The notes under the pieces are model-generated. The model was not told where the DNA came from. It saw only the letters and a program-made list of their open reading frames with translations, and did no database searches. From the human T2T-CHM13v2.0 reference genome, Homo sapiens: 64,000 nucleotides of DNA. The stretch is from NCBI RefSeq assembly GCF_009914755.1, contig NC_060932.1. One strand, written 5' to 3'. Positions 44,760 to 57,981 of this stretch are shown piece by piece. The stretch's first letter is position 1; the number at the start of each line of letters is the position of its first letter. The translations under genes and the position numbers were made by a program.

Positions 44760-45412
44760 TTCCCCTGGTGTAAAGCCTAGTGGGCTCCGCATCCCTTGCA
44801 CCCTCTTACGTCAGCGCCTGACTCTTTTGCAAGATAAACAGTCCTGCAGGACACCAGCCAACTGCCTGATGGTTACAAGTTCCTAATAGCTAGCACAGCC
44901 CGGGAAAGAGACTTATTCATAATGTAGCTTCCCCAGTACCTAGCCAATCAGCATCCAAAACCCAAGAAGCTATTAGCTGCAAATTACTGCCTTGGGGCAG
45001 GAGGGCTGAGGATTGCTCCAGGGTCCCACCTGTGCAGCTAGGCTCAAGGTTTAGCTCATAGTAACCTTTTCTTCATTTTAATAGTAAAAAAACACACCCC
45101 TAGGCGGAGATTTTATATGCTAATGATACATGCATTGCATGTTACAGCATGCAGATGCTGAGCGCATGTGTCAACCGCAGGTCTGTCTTTACGTACTTGA
45201 CCTCACCAGTATTTTATGAATATATACGAACAATTCCCGCAAAAGGAATTCCTCTGAAGGCACTAGTTGCTGTCTCTCCCTTTAAGCAGCCCACTCAGCC
45301 TCTCAGAGGGTACTTTCGCTTTACAATAAGCTTCTTTGGCTACTCTTCCTTTGGAGTCACTCTCAAATTCTTTTGTGTGGTGAGATCAAGAACCTAAACT
45401 TACCTACCGACC
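44760..45412 (+). mobile_element. LTR9/MER61-group-like ERV1 solo LTR
   Basis: CCAATC box, ACACACCCCTAGGCGGAGATTTTATATGCTAATGATACATGC, and AAATTCTTTTGTGTGGTGAGATCAAGAACC near the end. Confidence 0.55.
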
Positions 45413-47884
45413 ACGGGAGGAGGAGGCGGCCTTCGTGGTAGCAAATAGCAGCAGCAGCTACTAAAAGCAGTCATACACAGAATCATGGGGTAAATGCCTA
45501 AGCGGTGTTTCAGAGAGTATGGTGTAAACCATCACGGCCCAGTAGATATTTCCATGATGTCAATATGGTCACCACTAGCTATACGTGGATCTTGAACACC
45601 TGAAATGTATCTAGAGAGACTGAGGACATCAATTTGCAAATCTTTTTTATGCGTTTGCATTATGGGTTGTTCTGGTTCTAAGGAAACAAATTTTTTCACC
45701 AAGAAATTCCTGATTTTTACATGTCCATGCATTATAAGAAAGAGTCTTAAGCTAACTCGACTAGACTAGTTCACTAGTTAACCCAGACTTGCCATCGCTT
45801 TCACAGACAGAACTCGATATGATCAAAATGAGACATTTTCAAGAGGCTCTTGAATCTGAGGATGTAAAAAAGCCCAATGTCCAATGGTTGCCTACGTCAC
45901 ATCAGGAACCACTGTTCCACCTGCATTGATTCCCATGCCCCTTTTCCACGCTGCTAGAAGGAAATTCACCCCACCCACTACTGCAATCAGGACAGGAAGT
46001 CTGACTGATCCAACAACACCCTTTCTCAAATAACTCTTTCGGAGATAGGTCTCTGTTGTCAAATGTCACTTCCCCACCTTTAGGAAGAGAACAAGTAGCA
46101 ACATACAAATACTGGTTATAAGCAAGTTGATAGCTATTTTTAAACTAATTAAGAGCCCTTCAATTTCAAAAATAAAAAGTGTTCGTAGTAATTTGTGAAA
46201 CCTTTAACACTAGCCAATCCATGCGATACCAGATGTGTGAACTGATTACATCCCTACCACAGCTAACAAAATGGTGCAGAAATGAAAATGGGAATAGTTG
46301 GGATAGTCTGTCTCCCAAGGGAATTAGCAAATACAGTTGGAAAGTCTTGCAAATTCAATACAGCTCCTATTTTGATGGTTTCTAGAAGTTAAAAAGAACA
46401 TTAATGAATAAGATAAAGAATCTCAGACCCCCCAAAGCGCAAAAAAGTTTAAGAAATTATGCCAAAACACAAAATGCTTTAGACACGTGGCCCTTTAGGA
46501 AAACCTTTCCACCTGACAGAAATAAAGTGTGAAATTTGCCTAAATGCACCTAGCTGAAAAGCTATATATTGTAATGACACGTATGGATATTTTAAAGGGT
46601 TTAAAGAAATCTGTCTTCTGGAAACTGAAACATCCAATAGTTTCCTTCTTGGAAAAGGAGATTTTCAAATGAGAACAGATTTTTTCAAATTAATTTAATT
46701 ATTAAGACATTCATCAAAAGTATATATCTTTCAAAACAATGTGAATATACTTAACATCTATAACTATAAACTTCATAATGGTTAAGATGATAAAAATAAA
46801 GGTATATATTACCCTAATTAGCATAAAATTAAAAAAATTTAAACTATGTATAAACAATTAAGTCATTAATAGAACTGTGAAAAGTGTTCCTGTTTTCTAA
46901 TATTAAATTACATCTCTCTCTAAAAAGCTTTTGGATCAGAAAAAGGAAAAATGCAAATGTTAGTTTAATAACATGGACTTCCTACTGTTGAATTACAAGA
47001 GAAGAAAGAGGTGTAAATAATCATTAAGCCACCAATTAGTAGTCAGATGACGGCTTCACAAAACACCCTTCCGTGTTAGAAATTTAGGTAAAATGTAAAG
47101 GAATTCAGTATTACTTACTAAAAATAAATACAGAAGAATTATATAAAAATCCATCATGCATACTTAATGAATTATAGATCTTGGCAAAATAGACAGCTAC
47201 ATATTTTCTCTTTGATTTTATCACGGTGTAAAAACATAGTATAAATGTAACTCTTTATGCATAATTTTGGAATTATCATCTTATCTCAAGCTTAACTAAA
47301 TAGAATATCCTAAGGTCCTTCTACTTGTCAGGTAGGTTATCAGTGCTAACACCATATATTTAAGACTAGAAATGTAAACGTATGTATTTATTTAATGAAA
47401 GCTGTAACAATTGATGTCTTCATATAAAACACTGCTAGTTAGGTGAGCCTATAGAATCACTTCACCTTTACTGTGGGAGTTTTAAAGAGTTTTATTTCTA
47501 ATAATTACAGTGATTATATTTTCTTTAATGTCAAATTAAAATAGATGTTCTAAGATGCCTAACTGACTTGAGACCTTTAGCTGATTATCAGCTGAAGTAA
47601 TTAGAGAATAGTCTTTATGTATCTGGAAATTTTCCAAGGAAAATATTTTAAATTATAAACAAAGAGAAAGAAAGTACATGCTCGTGGTTTTGGCTTATGT
47701 CTTTTTGCCCATAGAAACATATATATATATTTATAACACTCAAATGAAGATAGTACAAATAGACCTAATATACTTGATAAGATTAGTTCTGTTTAGAAAA
47801 TTCAAATTTCAAAGGGCTGAGTAGTGTTGTCATTTTAACATTGTTTGGTGTGACACATGCCTACACGTACAGGTTTAAATGCAC

Positions 47885-48340
47885 TTAAATGTGTCTCTTC
47901 CCCTAAGCAGAGTCTGGGGTGAAGACTTGCATTCAGGACTTTTTCTGGGAAGTCGTCCTAGGGAGCAGGAGTGAGGGGTAGGAGGAGTGACTCAGAGGAA
48001 GGTAGAAAGCCAGCCCACGGCGGGGGGTCATCAAGGCAGTCACAGCCAGTGCAGTTGCTGCTCAAACTTTCAGGACCTTTGGAAGAGATTCCTGAAATGC
48101 ATTGCAGATGGCAGGGGAGGCATTTCCGATCCACTTCACCCCAGTCACTCAGGGGTAACCGCAGTGGCCATCCTGGGCAAGGCATCAAGCAGTCTAAGGG
48201 TGCAGGATGTGGGGGTAGCCCATCAGAGCCTGCTGGCAGGCGTGGCCACTGAAGAGGCTCAGACCCTGCGCTGGCACTAGCTAGCAATGTATGGTGGCGC
48301 CACCAGGACCCTGACACAGGTGTGTGGTATGAATGAAGGA
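47885..48340. mobile_element. ERVL LTR16/LTR33-like old LTR
   Basis: TTCCCCTAAGCAGAGTCTGGGG...TTTTCTGGGAAGTCGTCCTAGGGAGCAGGAGTGAGGGG. Confidence 0.5.
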
Positions 48341-48419
48341 GAAGGAATGGGCACAGCCATGCCCACTGTGTCTGGGCCAGCATCTTACATGATTCTCCTC
48401 CGTGAGGCATGATTTGTAA

Positions 48420-49055
48420 TTTTTTAGGGCAATTTTGGGCTTAGAGAAGAATTGATTGGAAAGTATAGAATTCCCACATATCTCTCCCTGCCCAGGCTCC
48501 CCCCTCACATTTCCCTATTATTTACATCTTGTATTAGTGTGGTACGTTTGTTATAACTGACAAACCAATTCTGATACGATCTAGCGTTCTATACGAATGA
48601 TGATAGTTAACAATAATATATTGTTTCAAATAGCTGAGGGAAAATATTGAACATTCCCAATGCAAAGAAGTGATGAAATGTTTCAGATGATGGATGCACT
48701 AATTACCGTGACCTGATGTCTACACGTTGTATTTATGAGAACATCACTACATACTCCATAAATTATTTGTCATATTTGTATAATTATTTATCAATTGAAA
48801 AAATAGAATTAAAATATATTTCAAAAAGATTTTCACCAACACTATCAAGAAAAAAATTTACAAATTTAAAATTTAAAAAGTTACCAATAAATAAAATAAA
48901 AATACCAAAAAAAGATACAGAATTATTATTAACTAAAGCCTGTAGTTTATATTAGGCTTCACTCTTTGAGTTGTACATTTGCTGGGTTTTGACAAATATA
49001 TTATGTGTATCCATTATTATTGCAACATAGGAAATAGTTTCACTGCCCTAAAAGT
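48420..49055 (-). mobile_element. L1M 3' fragments (nested)
   Basis: TATTAGTGTGGTACGTTTGTTATAACTGA...GTTTATATTAGGCTTCACTCTTTG, with an L1MA-like insert at about 48580-48800. Confidence 0.6.
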
Positions 49056-49244
49056 TCCCTTCCTCTGGATTTTAGTTTACTTTCTGATGCTGTTTCCAAG
49101 ATCTAGCCCCAAATTCACAACCTGACAGATTTTTTTGAATCTCCACCATGTTTGATTTTTCTAAAACAGCCCCTTGGTGGTGCCTAGACCAATGCACGTG
49201 CCCGTTGCTGGGGAGACATACACACGCTAGAAAGACAAGAATCA

Positions 49245-49692
49245 GGTCTGGCGCAGTGGCTCACACCTGTAATTCCAGCACTTTGGGAGGCCGAGGTGGG
49301 CAGATCACATGAGGCCAAGAGTTTTAGACCAGGCTGGCCAACATGGCAGTATCCTGTCTCTACTAAAAATACAAAAATTAGCCAGGCATGGTGGTGCACG
49401 TCTGCAATCCCAGCACTTTGAGAGGCCAAGAAGGGCAAATCGCATGAGGTCAAGAGTTCAGGACTAGCCTGGTCAACATGGCAACACCCTGTCTCTACCA
49501 AAAATACAAAAATTAGCTAGGAGTGGCGGTGCATGTCTGTAATCCCACCTATTCAGGAGGCTGAGGCACAAGAAATGTTTGAACGAAGAGGCAGAGGTTT
49601 CAGTGAGCTGAGATGGCACCACTGCACTCCAGCCTGGGTGACAGAGTGAGGCTCTGTCTCAAAAAAATAAAATAAAAACAAAAATAAAAAAA
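49245..49692 (+). mobile_element. Trimeric AluS (left-left-right)
   Basis: Two left monomers precede one right monomer, inside a single TSD AAAGACAAGAATCAG. Confidence 0.9.
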
Positions 49693-50319
49693 AGACAAGA
49701 ATCAGCACCTGGGTACAAAAACACTGGAGATAAATTTTATTTCATGTTTATTTATATAACTAATTGTGTCACCTGCAAGCAGCATAACCCTGGAATATCT
49801 GTAAAGGTGTGGCAAAGGCATCAGGGAGCGTGCCGGGTCCAGATGACTTGGATTTCAGACACTTAACGAATATGTCCTACTGTGTTTTCAGAGTGGTGGA
49901 GCCCTCTTTTGTTGCAAAGCATCTCTTTATCTTTTTGCAAAGACATTCATACAGCTTTTTCTTGGTTCCCACCTGGAGAATGCCTTCAACCCGTGCCAAG
50001 CTCTTGTGGCTATCAGGGGCTACTGAGTCACTGAAAAATGTTACTATCTGTATCTATGTCTGCATTTCCCAAACCTGGAAAATGTAAAATAGATGGACAG
50101 AACTGTCAAAACCAAACTGTCTAATCTAGTGGGTGGAATTGGAATGTCTTGGTCCTTTCACTCATCTTTCATACTCATCAAAATTCATTCCCCTGTGCAA
50201 GAAAAGCACTGAATCCTTATGAAACAGCTCCTGGCAGGCCTGTGCATCTCAACGCCATATCCCCATGAAGGGACTCCACTTGGCGTGACCATACGTCCTA
50301 GTTTTCTCAGGGCAGTCCT

Positions 50320-51022
50320 GTTTTTTTTTCTTTTTTTTTTAAGGCTTGTTTTATTTTAATGGCAGATCTATGTAATCACAGTGGCCAGGATGTGCAGAAA
50401 AAGGGGAAGCTTTTTTTCTTGTCTCTTCTTCCTTGGACAAAGTCTTGATGATCTCCTTCTTTTTGGCCTGGAGGCGCTCTTCACGGAGCTTGCTTGCTTT
50501 ATTGGTCTTAGAGCTGCGGGCTTCAGCCTGGTCAGCCAGGAACTTCTTGTGGGCCTTGTCTGCCTTCAGCTTGTGGTTGTGTTCCATGAGAATCTGCTTG
50601 TTTGTGAACATATTCCCCTGCACCTTCAGGTACAGGCTGTGATACATGTGGTGATCAGTCTTCTTAGATTCATGGTATCTTCCAAACAACCAGTGCAGAA
50701 TCCTCATTCTCCTCATCCAAGTGACCTTCTCTGGCATTTGGAAATTGGCTGTACCCTTGCGCTAACCTGTGCCCATGTGCCTGCCCTTCTGGTGGGCTAA
50801 GGTGCTTTTCTGGCATCCAGCCTGGGAATGGACAGTCACAGGCTTGTGGATGATCAGCCCAACTTTGATCAGCTTCCGGATCTGCTGATGGGAGTTGGCG
50901 TTGACGATTTCACTGGTCTCACTGGGGTCCAGCCAGACCTTCTTGCTACCGTGGAGGCACTCGTGGCGAGCCTCTTCCGAAGCCTGAATATCCTCATGGC
51001 TTCGGCCACAGCAGTGACAAAG
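50320..51022 (-). pseudogene. RPL19P13: RPL19 processed pseudogene (probably RPL19P13; number from memory)
   Basis: Intronless. ATG at 50997 in GCCATGAGGATATTCAGGCTTCGGAAGAGGCTCGCC, matching the RPL19 start MSMLRLQKRLA. Contains [14 protein letters not shown]...[22 protein letters not shown]..., indels and a lost stop codon. RPL19-type 3'UTR with AATAAA and a poly(A) tail at about 50321-50340. Confidence 0.93.
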
Positions 51023-51469
51023 GACAGTGTTGGTTTACGCTTGTGGTCCCAGTGCAGCTATTCATACTCACCCTCTCCCGCTTCCCTCACTCTCTAAGGT
51101 ATTCCAATTGGGTGATAAATTATATGGTCACTCTAAGTTGTCACATTCTGATATTTCCACTTTTGTAAAAAAAAAAAATCCAGACTGCATTGTCCAGTGT
51201 TTGCATCAGCATGTCATCACTTGCTTGTACCTGACTCCACTGAAAGCTGGAGCCATGAAGGACAAACCCCTGATGAGGAAAACCAGCATTCAAATCCCAG
51301 GGGAAGGACTCTTGTTCTGTGTCCTCTTCATCAGCCACTGCAGCGACTCCACTGTAGAACCTGGGGTGCCCCAATTTATATGAAATAATTTGTATTTGGG
51401 GATCCAAATTAATTTTGTATCCCAAAAGGAACACTTTTGAAAGGTACCACCTACAGAGTTTTTCGTTTG

Positions 51470-51787
51470 TTTGTTTTTTCTTTTTGTTTTTTTTGTTTTT
51501 TTTGGGAGTCAAGTTCTCTCTCTGTCACCCAGGCTGGAGTGCAATAGTGAGACCACAGCTCACTACAGCCTCCAATTCCTAGGCTCACGTGATCCTCCAG
51601 CCTCAGCCTCCTGAGTAGCTTGGATTACAGGCATCCACAGATATGCCCAGCTAATTTTTAATTTTTTTATAGGAATGGAGTCTTGCTATGGTGCTCAGGC
51701 TGGTCTCAAACTCCTGGCCTCAAGTGACCCTCCTGCCTTGGCCTCCCAAGTAGCTGGGACTACAGGCATGAGCCACCACTCCCAGCT
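51470..51787 (-). mobile_element. AluJ
   Basis: Diverged antisense Alu. Confidence 0.88.
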
Positions 51788-52404
51788 TAAAAAACGTTTT
51801 TCAAGATGATTTCAGTCATGATGCAAGCATATGATTTACCAAGATCATCCAGAACAGAACTGTTTTAAGTTATAAACAATCTAGCAGAAGAGACACAGAA
51901 GTTGTTATTCATTTAGGGCTGTTTCTATTCTAAATATTCTATCTGATTCTACTATCATGATACTCCATCATTTATATTCACTGTTAGTTCTGATCGTATA
52001 TGTGTTGCCTCAAATTGAGATGCCCATCTATAGATAAACATTTATAAAAAGTGGGCATTAAGTTTCAATGCTACATTTTGTACACGATATTGGGACCCTG
52101 GTAAAGTACATTTCATTGGCAATTTCAGCAAAGACTATGGATATATGTTTTTAAAGGATGACTCTTCAAATTTTCTACAGGACACAGTACAAGCCTTTGT
52201 GTATAACTACAAAATCAAACAGTTATATTTTACTTTTATGGCACTGGTCTTGGCAGTCATACAACTAGAGACTACTAAGGTTAAGAATTCTGCCTGTGTC
52301 CTGCAGCTAATAAAAGGCAGAACCAGGATTTGATTCAGTTCTGTCTGGCTGTCAAATCTACCATCTATGGGCTAAACATTCCTTCTATTCTTTTTTTATA
52401 GAGT

Positions 52405-52590
52405 ATGATTTTTAATTTTTAATTGACAATAATTGTACATATTCATGGGGTACATAGTGATGTTTCTATACATGTAATATATAGTGATCAGGTCAGGGTA
52501 ATTAGCATATCCATCATCTCAAACATTTATCATTTCTTTGTATTGGGAATGTTCAATACCCTCCTTTAAGCTATTTGAAACTATGTATTG
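52405..52590 (-). mobile_element. L1MA 3' end
   Basis: AATAATTGTACATATTCATGGGGTACATAGTGATGTTT...CATCATCTCAAACATTTATCATTTCTTTG. Confidence 0.8.
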
Positions 52591-53049
52591 TTGAGGATGT
52601 AATTTTGAATGCCTTTACCATCCAGGTCCCTATGGTCAAGATGTACTTGAATAACCTCTGAGTGCTTAAGTGCAAAGCCCAGGACTAACAGGGCTGCCCC
52701 ATGAGGTGCCTCCTGCAGATCACACCAGCCACCTGCTCCACCCACCCCATGCAGCCTGAGATCACGGGGTGTTTCTGCAGGCCCATCTATCCCACTGTGA
52801 GCTTCCCACCATTTTGTAGCTTCCAGGTGTTTGCTAGTTGTGCAGCTGCTGTGAAACAACTTCTTCCTCATCCTGTACTCAGTTGTGCTTTTGACCCAAG
52901 TGCAGCCTTAGCACCCGTGCTAAGCTTCATCTTAGTCATTTAGCCCAGCATATCGACTCTCGAGATCTTGTGGGAGCTTCATTCCATCATCAGTCGCCCT
53001 CAATTCTACCACCTCTGTCAATTTCACCAACACATCCGTTGCATGGCGT

Positions 53050-53520
53050 TATCCATTCATTCATTGTTGGACTCCTCTTTCCTGAATTCTGCTATGGGCC
53101 ACCACTATTCTAGGCCCCAGGGAACACAGCAGTGAGCAAGGCAAAGGCCCTGACTGCATGGAGCACACACTCCACTGGAGGAGACAAATAATGAACAGAT
53201 AAATGAGTGGTTAAGATAATCCCAGGCACTGATGAAACTCATGAAGAAAAATAAGGTGTGCTATGGGGTTGAAGGGATGTGCTATTTTAATAGGGTGGCC
53301 AAAAGCAGTGAGGATTGAGCAGAGTCCTGAGTTAAATATGGGAATGAGCCGTGCAATGGCCAGGGAGAAGAGCCTGCGAAGGGAACACAGAGTGACTGCA
53401 AGGGGCCTGGGGCAGAAACATGCTGGGCCAGTGAGACAGGAGGGGCCGTGTGGCTGGAGTGTGAGGCCTGCTCCACTGAGGAAGGAACTTGGATTGTATT
53501 CTGAGTGAGGGCTGAGAGCA
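53050..53520 (-). mobile_element. L2 fragment
   Basis: CATTCATTCATT...ACACAGCAGTGAGCAAGGCAAAG...AAGGAACTTGGATTGTATTCTGAGTG. Confidence 0.75.
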
Positions 53521-53569
53521 GGTATGTCACACAGTCTGACTGATTTTTTGGGGGTATGTGGCAAACACA

Positions 53570-55828
<2,259 letters not shown>

Positions 55829-55850
55829 ACTTCCCTTTTTTTTCATTTGG

Positions 55851-55885
<35 letters not shown>

Positions 55886-57317
55886 GTAATTGCTATGGCT
55901 ACAATTTCCAGTACTGTATTGAACAGAAGTGGCAAGAGTGGGCATCCTTGTCTCATTCCTGATCTTACAGAATCTGGTTGACAGTTTAGAGGCTGTTTCT
56001 GGCTGCCTGTGGAGAATAGTCTGGGAGGTAGCAGGGTTGAGGGGCCTGTACAGGTGAGGGACAATAGCGCTTGGGCTACGGTGGTGGAGTGAGCAGAGGT
56101 CAGTGGTGGAGTTTATTTTGGGTAAAATAAGGTGTGCTGATTAAACAGATGTAGAGTTTTAAAGTTCTTTCTCTTCTAGGTTGGCTTTCAAGCTTACATT
56201 GGTCAACTGGGGAAAAATTCTCTTCTTATTAAGTCCTCTCATAGTGAAGCTGCTCTTCCTCAGGGCTATTCATTTTAATGGCTGAAAATAGGCCCAACGT
56301 GCCAACATAAATAAATAAGTATCTGTTTATGGGGGAGGGGGTATGCCATCTTCCTAGCACCCCTTCCTTGAACACAGGTGCTAAGTAAGGGTCCAGCTCA
56401 GTCTCCCATTCTGTGTTTGATAGAAGCTGATGGAGGTGTGGAGGAGGAAGTTTTCCTGCCTTAGCAGCGCTGGCCCAATGGCAGAAGAGGGGCTTTCTTA
56501 GCAGTGACAGGGAGCACAGGCTGTTCCAGCACAGACTACATCCCCCCAGCTATGTGCAGCTGAGCAAGAACATCCCAGGTGGGCCTAGCCTGTTATCTGC
56601 TGGCCAAAGGGCAGAGTTCACTTCTCTAGTCACAGGCAAGCTGGAACCCACAGGCTGCACTCGGGACTGAGGGGAGAGGACCAGAGCTGCTTTTGGATGT
56701 GGATGGGACCAAGGACAGGGTCACTGCTCTAATCTAAGAGGAGGTGCAGGCTAACCATCCTGGGATCCAAGCGGTCTCAACACAGAGCCCCCTTGGCCTT
56801 TACAAGGAAGAAACTGCAATTTGCTTTAACTTTCTAAGCTACCGTTTCTACATCTTCTAGATAGGCTCAACAGCAGAAGAGACAACACAGCACAGTTCTG
56901 TGAGGTGTGCCTGAGGCCGCACAGTAGTTGAGGCCATGACTTCTGCAGCCTGACCACCTGGCTTTGAATCATAGCTCTGCCACCAACCAGCTGTGATCAG
57001 GGGAAGTTATTGAATCTCACGATGCCTCCATTCCCTCATCTGAAAAATGGGGATGGTGATAATAATACTATCTGCTTTATACTTAAGATTTGGGAAAGAA
57101 GAAGAAGAGAAGATTGGGAGTAATTGTTTAATGGGTACAGAGATTTAGTTTTGTAAGATGAAGAGTTCTGGAGATGGGTGGTGGCGACGGTTGTACAACA
57201 GTGGGAATGTGCTGAAGACCATGACATTGTACACTGAGAAATGGTTAAGATGGTAAATGTCACTTTATGTGTAGTTTACCACAATTTTAATTTGAAAACT
57301 TAGAACTTAAAAAAGGA

Positions 57318-57653
<336 letters not shown>

Positions 57654-57655
57654 TT

Positions 57656-57981
57656 ACTTCTTTCTTTCTTTTTTTTCTTTCTTTCTTTCTTTTTTTTTCT
57701 TGAGCCAGAGTCTCGCTCTGTTGCCAGGCTGGAGTGCAGTGGTGTGATCTCAGCTCACTGCAACCTCTGACTCTCTGGTTCAAGCGATTCTCCTGCCTCA
57801 GCCTCCAGAGTATCCGGGACTACAGGCATGCGCCACCACGCCCAGCTAATTTTTGTATTTTTAGTAGAGATGGGGTTTCACCATCTTGGCCAGGATGGTT
57901 CTTGATTTCCTAACCTCGTGCTCCGCCTGCCTCAGCCTCCCAAAATGCTGGGATTACAGGCCTGAGCCACCACGCCCGGCC
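57656..57981 (-). mobile_element. AluSc-like with a (CTTT)n tail
   Basis: Antisense Alu containing TTGGCCAGGATGGT and ending CCACGCCCGGCC. Confidence 0.92.

Noticed and set aside
47958-48410. 150-aa ORF
   Set aside because: Lies within an old GC-richer LTR, with no domain similarity or splice context.
50381-51097. + strand ORFs of 139 aa and 89 aa
   Set aside because: Antisense shadows of the RPL19 pseudogene coding sequence.
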